Assembly: GCA_964016885.1 (NCBI GenBank)
Contig: OZ024751.1
Coordinates: forward strand, 38,006,001 to 38,070,000
DNA: 64,000 nt
Reading direction: 5' to 3'
From: Eledone cirrhosa
Taxonomy: Eukaryota
Shown here one piece after another: positions 46,365 to 59,670 of this stretch (positions are counted from its first letter, which is position 1; each line of letters starts with the position of its first letter). The position numbers and the translations under genes are program-made. The notes below the pieces were generated by a model. That model was given only the letters and a program-made list of their open reading frames with translations. It had not been told where the DNA came from and did not search any database.

Positions 46365-47228
46365 TGTGTGTGTGTGTGTGTGTATGTGCATATTATATGT
46401 ATACAAACATCTTCACACGCCTATTAGTTAACCAAAGTAGTTATTGTATAGAGTTCATTGTGTTGTGTGTTATGTATTTATACTTCAGCCGACATATTTT
46501 CATTTTAGCTTTTTTTTAAATGAAAATTGACTTCGCAGTAACGTAAAGACGAATTAAAACAATAACTGCCACTTATTCTAAGCTACATCATCTATTAATC
46601 CATTCTCAGCTGTCAAATACTCGGAATCGATTTTTAGAACTCGAAAAAAAAAAAAAATCAAATAAAAAATGCCATCTACTGCCTCTCACCCCCCTCCGTC
46701 CATTTATGCATCACTGTATTATTTTTATTGTATTGTTATTGTAACTGTTGTCGGTATTTATTTAAAGTTTTTTTTTCACTTTCATTCTAGATTTTATTGT
46801 CGGTTTTGTTGTTATGTGTTTGCAGCTTCTTCCGTTTCCATTTTAGTGATTATTGTTAGAAATGTTGTTGTTGAAATATTTATGAATATGTTATTATAAT
46901 TATTGTAGTTGTTATTTTAATATTTTTTTTATTGTGTGTGTGTGGGTGGGGTGGGGGGATATATTCATTATAGTTGACATTGTACGAATTGTTGCTATTG
47001 TTGTTGTGTGATATTTATGAATATGTTGTGGTTGTGGTGGTGGTAGTTGTTATTGTTGTTTTATCACGTAAAGATTAAATATTTTTAGTATTCCTTCTAC
47101 AGCCACCGACTTACCCTATGTTGTACTTTGTTTTATATTGCACAAATCCGTATTAACGTCCATCAAATATACATACATGTATATATATATACATGTATAT
47201 ATATATATATATAAATAAATATAAATAT

Positions 47229-47281
<53 letters not shown>

Positions 47282-48020
47282 ACGAAAAATAGGAAGGAAT
47301 TGAAACAAAGCTGGACAAATATGAAAAGGTAAAAGACGTATCACCAGATTGCATTACAATTCAGGATAAATCTCCATTTAACTTTTCAGTACCACACACA
47401 CACATTTTAAAATAAAATTTAACACATCTATTTTTTTTGCTGTTATTTACCATTGTTTATACGATTGGTGGTGGTATTGGTGTTGGTCGTGTTGGTGTTG
47501 GTGTTGTTGTTATTGTTGTTAAAATTGTTAGAAAAAATATATGAAACCATTATTATTGCTATAACTGTTCTTACCATTATACTTATTATTATCAGTGGTT
47601 TGAGGGCGGTGGATTGGCAGTATCGGTAGAGGATCGGACGCTATACTTTGCAGCATAGAGTTACACTCCTTTATGATCTGAGTTCAAACTGAGTTCTTAG
47701 TATACATGTCAACGCCATGCTTTCCAGCATAGTTACGTCCCTTTACAGTCTGAGTTCAAATCCCGCCGAGGTTAACTTTGCCTTTCATCCTTACGGGGTC
47801 GATAAATTAAAGTACCAGTCACGCACTGTGGTCGATTTAATTGACTTCCCCCTCCCCTCAGAATTGCTGGCCTTATGCCTATATAAGAAACCATTATTAC
47901 GGGTGGTTTGGCAATAATCGGTAGAGCATCAGACACCATGCTTTGCAGCATAGTTATGTCCCATTACGTTCCGAGGTAAACTTTGTGCCAAAATTAGAAA
48001 CATTATTATTATTATTATTA

Positions 48021-48199
48021 GGGCGGTGGATTGGCAGTATCGGTAGAGGGTCGGACGCCATGCTTTCCAGCATAGTTACGTCCCTTTACGATCTGAGTTC
48101 AAATTCCGCCGAGGTTGACTTTGCCTTTCATCCCTACGGGGTCGTAAAGTACCAGTAATGCACTGGGTAATTGTTGGCCTTGTGCCTAAAGTAGCAACA

Positions 48200-48200
<1 letters not shown>
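48021..48200 (+). mobile_element. tRNA-derived SINE, probably MetaSINE-like core; part of a tandem cluster of four copies or fragments at 47604-48200
   Basis: A box tggcagtatcgg, B box gagttcaaat, core gcctttcatcc..ggggtcg..aagtaccag, (TTA)n tail. Confidence 0.8.
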
Positions 48201-48238
<38 letters not shown>

Positions 48239-49053
48239 GTTCTTTGAGTCTCAGTCATTGATGTTAGTTAACTGGAAAGTTGTTGAAATGAATATCAAGC
48301 CACTACCTGTAGCCTCAGATATTCAGGACCTATCGGAGGGTTCTTGCTGTTCCAAGCAAGCATGCCTTTTGAAGCGTTCCAAAAAGCGTGGCGGGGCCAA
48401 TTTTCTTTAACCATCCCTGGAAACTTTTTGAGATAGTACCTAGTGCGTCTATGACAATCGGGACCACTTTGACTTCATGGCAGTTCCAAATCCTTTTTAC
48501 CTCCCAATTTAAGTCCTGGTATCGGTTAATTTTCTCCCTCTCCTTCTCTTGTACTGTCGTGTCGAATGGGCAGGCCACATCCACAATCAGGCACAATCTT
48601 TTTTCCTTGTCCAAAACCACCAGGTCAGGTCTATTCTATTTCAGTTTCTTGTCCGTCTGTATCCTAAAATCCCACAGCACCTTCACCTGATCGTATTCTA
48701 TCACCGACTCTGGCTTATGCTCATACTACTTCTCAGAATGTGGTAAATTGTTTACTTTGCATAGGTGCCAGTGGATCACCCTGCCCATGACATCATGTCT
48801 CCAGCCCTTATAGTAAGTCTGGGCTAGGTGTTTACACTCGGATACAATGTGAGCCACAGTCTCCTCTCTCTTTCCACAGATCCTGCACAGTGGGCTAGCC
48901 TCCTCCTTGTAAATATGGTGTTTCAACCACTTCGTTGTAGGGCCTGCTCTGGCGCAGCCATTAACATTCCTTCTGTAGCCTTTTTAAGGTCTCCTCTTTT
49001 CAACCAGTTCCATGTCTGTGGATCTCTGAATTCAGTTTTCTCAAAGAACGTAC
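48239..49053 (-). mobile_element. 5'-truncated R4/Dong-type non-LTR retrotransposon (zinc knuckle plus restriction-like endonuclease) inserted in (TAA)n
   Basis: CRICGKREETVAHIVSEC (CCHC), WRHD, PD..VLDK...DVACPFD...EK..RYQDL motifs with stops and frameshifts; TTA repeats on both sides (48200-48238 and 49054-49066). Confidence 0.85.
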
Positions 49054-49376
49054 TATTATTATTATTAACAGCTATCATCCATTAGATGGTTTACGCAGTG
49101 GCTGTCGTGCAAGAAGCTTTATGGTGGAGACACATGGAAAGTGCGTTTGGTCGCGGAGATCCTCTCGTCCTTTCATTTTACATTCATAGCACTGTATTCT
49201 ATAGTTTGACAAGGTTTGGTATCAGCATGTTACTCGAGCCATGTAAATGATGTACGAAGAACAGAAAAGGTCATATATAAATGAACTCACAATTTCTGAT
49301 GATTATATTTTTCCATGTCACTGAGATAAAGGGAGTGAGAGAGGGAGATAGCGAGAGAGAGAGCGGCTAAAGTAAA

Positions 49377-49437
<61 letters not shown>

Positions 49438-49549
49438 TCACATATACATATTAAGATACATATTTACATTGATAACATATATATAATTGTACGCTTATGC
49501 CTTCACATAAACCGACATGTAAACGCACGCGCGCACACACTCACCCACT

Positions 49550-49598
<49 letters not shown>

Positions 49599-50337
49599 GT
49601 AAATGCTGCATCTATTATTCATGCATGAATATCTATACCAACATATGGATACTCTAATTTCCATTTACTCTTTTCATGGCATTTTTTTCTAACTGAATGG
49701 AAGTTAATTAAATCAAATTATTCACGTTAATAAAGATTGTCATTATTGTTTTTCTCAATGAGAATTATTGCTCAATTTTTTTATTATTTTTATGATCATT
49801 GTTATTATTACATATTTCAATAATATCTATTTTTTAGCCCGTACCTGTGTGTGCGTGCATGTGTTTGTGTATATGTGTCTGCGTGCATGTGTGTGGAACG
49901 GGAGAGTATGAGCCTGGGTTAGAAGTTGCGGACAGTTTAAAAAGGTCGAAAGAAAATAATAAATAAATCGATGACAAATCTATAAGCAATTGCAATTTTT
50001 CTTTCTTAAGAGAAACTAATGGAATGCAAAGGAACCTGTCTATTAGAAATTGTGATCGATAGAGATCGAATCCTACTTGAGGAATTCAATATTTTTTTGC
50101 ACATGAAAATTATACAATTACGTCTATTATTTTTCCATTTGTTTCCAGCTAGAGTGACCTTGGTATTGTTATATTCTAAAAAGAACGGTTCTTTCGTTTT
50201 CTTTTTAATACGAAAACAATAGCAAAACTCATTAGTTGACTTCTCATTGAATTTGATTTGATTTCTTTTTCTCTTTATTTCCCATATGTATCTGCCCTAC
50301 CTTTAACACGCTCTTATTATATATATATATATATAAA

Positions 50338-50492
50338 GGCGGTAGATTGGCAGTATCGGTAGAGGGTCGGACGCCATGCTTTAACGTAAAGAGTTACGGC
50401 CCTTTCAATTCTGAGTTCAAATCCCGCCGATGTTAACTTTGCCTTTCATCCTTACGGGGTCGATAAAATAAAGTACCAGTAATACACAGGGT
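50338..50492 (+). mobile_element. Same tRNA-derived SINE
   Basis: A and B boxes and core present. Confidence 0.8.
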
Positions 50493-50651
50493 ATATTGAT
50501 GGATTTTAAAATCCAATATCAATAAACAGACCAGGATTGTTTCATTCTGATGATTGAAAGCAACATTTTTGGCTTTTAAGAAACCACTGGTAAATGGAAT
50601 AATTGCCTTATGTTGTTTATTACATAACTATATATATATATATATATATAT

Positions 50652-51015
50652 AAATAAAATAAAATAAATAAGTCAAATGTTTAAAATTTGGTTTCGTTTA
50701 TTACTGCTATATATATATTTCGGTGACAGCCATCTTTGGCTGTGACCTCTTCAGGCAGTCCGAATTAGTGTTGTAGAGACGAGTACACATGTTGTTGAGG
50801 TGTATAACTTTGTCAATACTCTGATATGCCCAGTTCCTGGTTGTGTTGTTATTTCACTGAGGAACTGGAATAAACAAAGCCAAATTTTAAACATTTGACT
50901 TATTTATTTTATTTTATTTTACATTACTCCGGAGTAACCAAACCAACCTGCGCACTTCGTCGAGTACTCCAATCTGCATACTGTGATGTTGGTATACAAC
51001 CAACATATACTCAAA

Positions 51016-51020
<5 letters not shown>
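50652..51020. mobile_element. Inverted-arm plus tail element in (TA)n containing the 50703 hammerhead
   Basis: Arms about 50652-50702 and 50868-50920 are reverse complements; tail with actc...gagtac follows; TA flanks. Confidence 0.65.
50703..50759 (-). ncRNA. Type I hammerhead ribozyme
   Basis: Reverse complement reads ACUGC CUGAAGA GGU-C-ACAGCCA-AAGA-UGGCUGU-C-ACC GAAA (UA)n UA^ GCAGU; all three helices pair. Confidence 0.85.
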
Positions 51021-51045
<25 letters not shown>

Positions 51046-51046
<1 letters not shown>

Positions 51047-51225
51047 AGCTTTCACCGTACTTTTTGACTAAAGAAATTTTAGCCTTATAGTGGGGTTTAT
51101 AACCCTCCGAGAAATGGTAAAATATGAGTATTGACGTAACGTCAATACTCATCTTTTTCTATTTTAAAAAATACGGTGAAAGCACTCTATTTCTAATTTC
51201 AAACTTGCTCACTGTTTCAAAACAT
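51046..51225. mobile_element. Degenerate inverted-arm plus tail element in (TA)n
   Basis: Outer inverted repeat gctttcaccgta / tacggtgaaagc and inner hairpin atgagtattgacgt-a-acgtcaatactcat. Confidence 0.5.
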
Positions 51226-51472
51226 ACTTATATATATATATATTATATATATATATTATATATTATATATTATATATTATATATATTATATATAGATTAC
51301 AATAATCAAAGTTCAGTTTAAATCATTTATTTGCTTATATTACCATAAAAGGTTTTATTACATACATAAATAGTATCCTTAATACTATTATATATTATAT
51401 ATATATATATATTATATATATATATATATATATTATATATTATATGTTATATATATTATATATTATATATTA

Positions 51473-51502
<30 letters not shown>

Positions 51503-51503
<1 letters not shown>

Positions 51504-52045
51504 CGATATTAACAAATGGAAACTATATTTATAAAACCATATTTATTTCATTATACATATTTCAAGGACACCAAGTTAAATTATGGTGTGGTTTCATCAG
51601 ATGAAATATAATATAGAGCAGTTTTATAAATAAATATTGACATACCCTTAAAGAATGCAACCATTACTGTTGTTCTGTTGTTCTGCTCTTTCTCTTTTCC
51701 TTTCTCTTTCTCCGTAACCCAACGGCTTATTTAAAAATATCCAATACTAACTTACCTAATAATATAATTAAAGTTATAACTCCACTATCCAACAGTAATG
51801 GTTGCATTCTTTAAGGGTATGTCAATATTTATTTATAAAACTGTTCTATATTATATTTTATCTGATGAAAGCACACCATAATTTAACTTGGTGTCCTTGA
51901 AATATGTATAATGAAATAAATATGGTTTTATAAATATAGTTTCCATTTGTTAATATCGTATTTTTATTCCAAATATTTGTTGAGTGCTTTATATCAGTTA
52001 TAAAAATATTTGCTTGTTGTATCCCAACAATTTAAATAGAACTTT

Positions 52046-52048
<3 letters not shown>
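51503..52048. mobile_element. Head-to-head hammerhead element in (TA)n with about 170-bp arms, a spacer and an about 88-bp tail
   Basis: 51503-51671 is the reverse complement of 51790-51960. A near-identical single arm is at 14661-14829 and a diverged one at 63224-63345. Confidence 0.8.
51855..51917 (+). ncRNA. Type I hammerhead ribozyme (minus-strand copies at 51545-51607, 14702-14764, 63265-63323)
   Basis: AUUU(U/C)AU CUGAUGA AAG-C-ACACCA-loop-UGGUGU-C-CUU GAAA UAUGUA UA^ AUGAAAU. Confidence 0.8.
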
Positions 52049-52116
<68 letters not shown>

Positions 52117-52500
52117 ATAATAAATTATATAAAGTACATTTTTATATTATGCAACCTGGAAACTCGCAGATTCTATGAAAAAATCATTTATTAGTAATTA
52201 TATAAAATATATGAATTCATAACTACGTAACAGTAAATAATGTATTAATTTTCATAATATTTTTCAACTGTCAGTCTCTCTGTTTTAATCCCCCCCCCCC
52301 CCCCCAAAAAAAAAAAAAAACTACATGAAAATCATATATCAGTAAAATTTCATTCTTTCGTTCATCGAAATCTGTTTCATATATCATTAAAATCACACTG
52401 GTTTATTTAAAATATTTTTCCAGGAGCCATGTGAAATTTAATCTATTATATGTAAGCTAGAAATGCGCAATATTCCTATACATAAACACCCATTATCTCG

Positions 52501-52538
<38 letters not shown>

Positions 52539-52729
52539 GTATATAATGACAAAGTTTCGTGGTCATAGATTTATTACTAAGTTGTTTATAATTACAAATG
52601 TTATTTAAATACACTACAATTAAACGTGTGCCAATTATGAAGGCGTTGAGGATGCAATTGTTTGGTAACATTTCTACAATCATAAGCAATTGTACCACTT
52701 TACCGCCTTCCTGTACGTCATGTGCAGCA

Positions 52730-53020
52730 CCACTACTCCACCCTCCTGCACTACAAAATACCACCATACCACTGTACTGCATTCGTCTATCACATGTCCG
52801 TCACCATTATACCACCTTCATGAACCGCAACACACCACCATACCTCTGTATCGCCTTCGTGTATGACACGTCCAACACCATTATACCAACTTCATGAACC
52901 GTAACAACCCACAATAACGCTGCACCGCCTTCGTGTACAAGCCGTACACCACCCTTATACTAACCTCCTTCACAGCAACATCCCACACGCGACCGAACTG
53001 TACCGTACCGTAGTGTACCA
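52730..53020. repeat. About 74-bp degenerate minisatellite
   Basis: caccattatacca.cttcatgaaccg.aac at about 52802 and 52876, diverged at about 52948. Confidence 0.7.
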
Positions 53021-53399
53021 TAATGATATTGCCATTAGCATCAACATAACTATTATAGCTTTGCCTTTATATATAACATTGACTTTCCTCTACTCTGTCA
53101 AAATAATCAGCCTAGAAGAGTAAACCTCAATGGTGAAAGATAACCGAGATTGGGTTACAGTGAAGACATTTTTAACAGCATGATGGATATATTTGTTTCG
53201 GCGGAGGAGCCGTTATCTGCCAAGAGTGAAACACACAAGACAATCTCTTATCAGACGTCCAGGCAAGGTTTTTTTTTTGTGGAAGACCAGCCTTCTCCCA
53301 TGCATATCGGTCTCCTCTCCACGACACCAATGTCGTCAAAGGGAAAGTCAATGATCGATACTACATATCACCAATGACAGCGCAACTCCTTTCTGATTT

Positions 53400-53526
53400 C
53401 TGATTGAACTGGAGCAACGTGAAAAAAATGCGTTGCTAAAGAACACAACGCATCACCCGGTCTGGGAATCAAACTCACAACCACAAGATTATGACTTTAA
53501 CACTTTAACCATTAAGGTACGCGCCT
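53400..53526 (-). mobile_element. CORE-like tRNA SINE (relatives at 16120-16245 on + and 25730-25810 on -)
   Basis: B box followed by tgtgttctt.agcaa..ca.tt..ttcacgttgctccagt. Confidence 0.5.
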
Positions 53527-53846
53527 TGACAATGAATCTTTTGGTAAATATCAACCCAACTGAGATCTAAACTCAGTTAACCTTAAATTTGTATTGCACA
53601 TATCTTCACTAATTATTGAAATACGAACGTGACAGTGGTAAATGTTCATTTGAGGGTGATGCAGCTTCAATCTCTTCATTTATCAGTACTATTGACACTG
53701 CACAAATAGATAACATAAATAGCCTAAGATATATTAGGTGATCATCGCAGAAATCGTATAGGCCTAAATAATTAGCTAATGTATGTAAATATACAGCTAA
53801 TACCAGGCAACTTAGTGATGCAGAATAGCAGAAATAATAATATCAA

Positions 53847-53912
<66 letters not shown>

Positions 53913-54622
53913 CCAGCTACCAGGGGAACACAATATAATATGTGAAATAATGAGAATGTTGTAAATAAGTGTCATAGTCAGATGAAGAAAATAAGATGGA
54001 ATAACGATACACTTGATAAAGCAAACACAACCAGACGTTTAATGAAGGAAGTAGTAATGAGGAGAGAAAGTTTTACATCGAACCAATTTTATGGATGACT
54101 TCTTCGACTTAAAGTCAACGAGCAAGAAATAACAGATGCTGGTAAATATGATGTCTTAAAAGATGTATTAATATACGTGTCAAATAGAGACAGTCAACGC
54201 CACTTGTTAACAATTAGCTCTGAACACAGATATAAAAATATACACAAATATACGTCATTGTCGTTACAGAGTGAAGTAAGAATATTAAGTTATGTAGCCG
54301 ATCATATAATAACTTCTTTGAATAGAAATCAATAGACTTACTATGTTGCGATCTGTTATAATGAAAAACTAACTGTAAACGTTAGGAAATGTAGAAACTT
54401 TTGTAAATTCCTAAGAAAACTCATACTGACTAAAGGCCATAGGCGATGAAAAAAGATTCAGAGAGAACAGAGGGAAAACAGAGAGCTATATATATATAAT
54501 ATGTATATATATATATAATATGTATATATATATATATATATATAATATGTATATATATAATATGTATATGTATATATATAATATGTATATATATATATAT
54601 AATATGTATATATATATATATA

Positions 54623-54696
<74 letters not shown>

Positions 54697-54905
54697 GTAT
54701 ATATATATATATATATAATATGTATATATATATATATAATATGTATATATATATATAATATGTATATATATATATATAATATGTACTATATATATATATA
54801 TAATATGTATATATATATATATATATATAATATGTATATATATATATATATAATATGTATATATATATATATAATATGTATATATATATATATAATATGT
54901 ATATA

Positions 54906-54936
<31 letters not shown>

Positions 54937-54941
54937 ATATG

Positions 54942-54977
<36 letters not shown>

Positions 54978-54982
54978 ATATG

Positions 54983-55032
<50 letters not shown>

Positions 55033-55052
55033 TATATAATATATATAATATG

Positions 55053-55113
<61 letters not shown>

Positions 55114-55204
55114 TACATATATATACATATATATATATATACATATATATACATATATATATATACATATATATACATATATATATATATATAATATACA
55201 TATA

Positions 55205-55238
<34 letters not shown>

Positions 55239-55269
55239 CATATATATACATATATATACATATATATAC

Positions 55270-55300
<31 letters not shown>

Positions 55301-55301
55301 C

Positions 55302-55365
<64 letters not shown>

Positions 55366-56564
55366 GTGTGTGTGTTTGTGTCGCACTAATGAAGCGACTC
55401 AAGCTGTGTTATCAAAAGCAAAACAGCAAACCGCGAATATAAAGTAAATAGAATATTCATAGGGTGACTTTTAAAAAAAAGTTGTTTTCCTAAATGAATT
55501 CAGTCTCTGAAGTTAAAAACATTATATTTCAAAGTAATAGTAAGAAATTCCATATGAAAATATGTTTTAAAAAATCAACTATCGATGCCGAAGGACCAGA
55601 CTAAATGTTTTAATATATGCCTGAATATTTAAATGATGGGCCATCATTAATTTTCGGTGGTGGGGAAAATTGGTAGACGATCAACAAGCTGTTTCATTTT
55701 CTTTTCTCATGGCCCTTTATGTTTGGATTTCAATTTCTGCAAAGGTTTCCTATATATTTTATCCCTGCGAGATGATAAAATAAAATTCCAAGAAATAAAT
55801 AAATGCATTGTTTCTTTTTAGAGACTGTATTGAAATTTTCAGCCTATTACTTTTTCAGCCGACCCGCGTATGTATGTATGTATGTATGTATGTATGTATG
55901 TATGTATGTATGTATGTATGTATGTATGTATGTATGTATGTATGTATGTATGTATGCATGTATGTATGTATGTATGTATGTATGCGGAAGAACTCATAAA
56001 AGTCAACGGCCATCAAAAAATGTGTAAATATGCATAAACACATATACATATGATTGTGTATGTATATGCGCGGGGACACAGAAATAGTTGGGCTGGATAC
56101 CCGATCGCGCTGTTAAACCACTGTGAGTGAAGGACCCCTAGCCTTTGTCAGAGCATTCTTCTAGGAGAAGGCAACTCAGGAGACTGGGATAACTCCGACA
56201 TAAAACCTACGCCTCAGTAGTTACCGATGATGTTGATCTTTACTTCTTTTCGGGTTATAGCTACTGTCGCTCAGAGAGTGAGATTGGCTCAGTGCACAGT
56301 CTTTCCTCACTTTAAAAAATCTTCGCGCACAGGCATTGTACGATATAATTAATTAATAATTACTAATAATGGTATATCGTGCAATGGCCATACTCGATAA
56401 CGAGGGGGCAGCTATCATATATGTATCTACCTGTATCTTCTGATGGAGAGGTAGGGAAACCCTAGTGATATATGTGGTTACTTTGTCATTTGAAACCCGG
56501 AGGAGCGCATAGCCTTTCCATGTCTGTACATAGACAATTTATTCCAGAGAGAGAGAGAGAGAGA

Positions 56565-56690
<126 letters not shown>

Positions 56691-56754
56691 TCGAGGGGGG
56701 AGAGGGAGAGAGTGATAGAGAGGAAGTGAGAAAGAGATACAGAGGAAAAAACTA

Positions 56755-56893
56755 CCCCAGTACTGGTCTGGTACCTTATTTAACCTCCTCAAATGGATGA
56801 AAGGCAAAAGTTGACTTTACCGGGATTTGAACTTGGAGTGCAAGAACAAACGTCGCAAAGCATTGTATCCTGACCTTTTAACAATTCACCACC
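56755..56893 (-). mobile_element. Diverged SINE copy
   Basis: ggatgaaaggcaaaagttgac...ggatttgaac core. Confidence 0.6.
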
Positions 56894-57971
56894 TATGATA
56901 GGAATAACACCGTCTAAAAAGAGGAAAGACATATGCAGCAATCTACTAGATCTACAGAAAAGAGTGAATGGACAATACTGAACTACCTTTGATCATAATA
57001 ATTAGATCACATTTAGAAAAACATTTATGTTAATATCCAAGTTATTATAGTTTTATATACGCTATAATAAACGATATTACTAGACAGAGTTCGCATGCTA
57101 CGTGCACATAAAAGGAAACATTGTGTGCAGCAGATGCACAAGAAGTTCAGCTTGGTGCTTCAGCAAAGAAGAAGAAAAAACACTTTGAAGAAAAAAAGAG
57201 AAACGATAATAAACAGAAAAGCAGTAATAGTATTAATAAATATAATGATAATGACATTGAGTTTTATGAGTCCTTCTTACTAACAGATTTATTTAACCAT
57301 TATCATCTTTTCTTGGCAACCATCTTGTTTTCCCAATTCGGATAGACACGCGCGCAGCTCTATTTATTATCGTCACGAAACAAAGCTGTAAAATTACGCA
57401 TAAAGAAACAACGTTATAGAAATAATTAATGAAATTTCCACTTAGTCTCACCGTCCAAGCCGAAAGAGGAAACGCTAACAACTGTATCGGAGCTAGGCAC
57501 CGTGAAACAAGACTCTAGTCATTTAGCCTGGCCGTTTCTTTAAAGAAAAAAATAAACTAGTGGAAAGAAGAGTTGTGCCTTATAATAAAACTCGTCACCA
57601 GAATGTACACGACAACGGAATTTATAAAGCTTAAGTAGCACACACGCATTTCATCCAGACATACCCACCCATCTAATGAAATACTACCGCCCAACATATT
57701 TACCCAAACTATCACACCATGACAGATCACTAACCGTTACACGCGCGTATTTATTTCCAGGTTTCTGCGTGCAAGCCATTTTCATAACTTTCTCAATTAT
57801 AAACATCCTCACCGACACTACTACCTCCATTAACATAAAAAAATAACAACAGCAGCATCAACAGTACACCGATTCACACTATAATCCCTACGACCACTTC
57901 TTTCAAGACAAAGAACGCCACTATTCTTATGCTTAGGACATTGCTGGAAATTCTGATGAGAGAACTATTGA

Positions 57972-58176
57972 ACTAGTATCGCTAATAAAAGGAAACAAAC
58001 GCATCATATGATTTTCCCTTTTTCACTTATCTTTATAACTAGTTATTCGTTAGTTTGTCAGAGTTCTTTCGTCACACATTCTGTGACCCCCTGAACTAAA
58101 AATAACTAGTAATAAAGTTAAAGTGAAAAAATGAAAATCATATTGTGTTTGTACTACTTTTTATTAGCAACACTAG
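57972..58176. mobile_element. Old diverged inverted-arm element with a partial hammerhead near its centre
   Basis: 57972-58046 roughly pairs with 58101-58176; the centre matches 20453-20490. Confidence 0.5.
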
Positions 58177-58523
58177 CAAAATGACTATCCCCAAATATAA
58201 CAATATAGGTTATATAACAACACAGTTTCAAATCAAAATTCTTGCAAGACGAATACTACATCGTAACTATTGAAACGTTTCTCATACGTCATGACAAAGA
58301 TGATGATGAGGATTTCTTTAATCATATATAATCATTAATGGAATATATTTTATTTTAACAATTCGACAATGCTTGATATATGAGAACGCCTCCAACAATG
58401 CCCACCACCTCTTTATTATTAAATTATGGCTACGCAAGTCTCAAGCAAATATATACATTTTGATCAGCTTGAACACATAATCTACAAATACAATCTACAC
58501 ACTCACATTATATATATATATAT

Positions 58524-58610
<87 letters not shown>

Positions 58611-58878
58611 GAGAGAAAAAGAATATGAAGGATATAGGGTGGCGAGGAAGAGGAGGAGAGTGATGCCTAAATGGAAAGTGAATAAGAGTGAGCAGAATAT
58701 GTGGAATGAAATATATGGATATTTTATGTTTAATTTCAATGGTTTAGTAAGATTTTGTCCAGATTTCTGACACATTCTAAAAATACTTCTCACGTCAGTT
58801 ATATTTGTATCATCAAATTAAGTAAAATGCTATGTCTTCTGTTCGTAGAATATGATACTCCACCCTAATCCTCCTTCC

Positions 58879-58949
<71 letters not shown>

Positions 58950-59034
58950 GGTCATGTGTAGGAGTTATTTCTTGGAAAACATATAGCATGTCACTCACAT
59001 GAATTGGATTGTGTATGCATGTATATATAGTTAT

Positions 59035-59088
<54 letters not shown>

Positions 59089-59090
59089 AA

Positions 59091-59670
59091 TTGCTTCTAC
59101 TTTTGGCACAAGGCCAGCAAATACTCAGTACATTACTGGTACTTTATTTTATCGACCCCTTAAGGATGAAAAGCAAAGTTAATCTCGGTGGGATTTGAAC
59201 TCATAATGGCAAGGGCCGTAACTCCATGAGTCAAAGCACGGCGTCTGACCGACCCTCTACCGATACTGCCAATCCAATTAAGGACAGATGGTTCGCATCG
59301 ACCTCAGCAAAGAATTGGTACTTTTTTTATCGCCCTCAATAGGATGAAAATCAAAATTGGCCTTAGTCGGTTTTGAACTCAGAGGACGGATAACTGGAAC
59401 GAACATTCCATCCAATGTTCTAACGGCTCTACCAATTCACTCTAAGAATTAATATATTACAATGTAAGGTTTGGTGAATTGGCAGAATTGGTAGAGCGTC
59501 GGATGAAATACCAGTGCAATATTTGTACTGGTTCTTTACTTTCCAACTTCAAATACCCACTTACATCATTCTCGTGTCCATAATAGAATGTACCAGTCTT
59601 GTGCTCGGGTTGATTTAATCAATTCTAATTTTCTGTCTAATGTGTTGACCTTGTAGCTAAATTAGAAATC
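59091..59670. mobile_element. SINE cluster: a young - copy (59091-59276), an old - copy and an old + copy
   Basis: Repeated core and A/B-box matches. Confidence 0.7.

Noticed and set aside
48021-48110. tRNA gene
   Set aside because: A and B boxes belong to a SINE head; no cloverleaf, and the SINE core follows.
53982-54209. Coding-like frame MKKIRWNN... with one internal TGA
   Set aside because: Short and interrupted, with no recognisable homology or SECIS evidence.
57954-57975. ctgatga as a hammerhead core (also 16576)
   Set aside because: No helix II or properly spaced GAAA-UH downstream.
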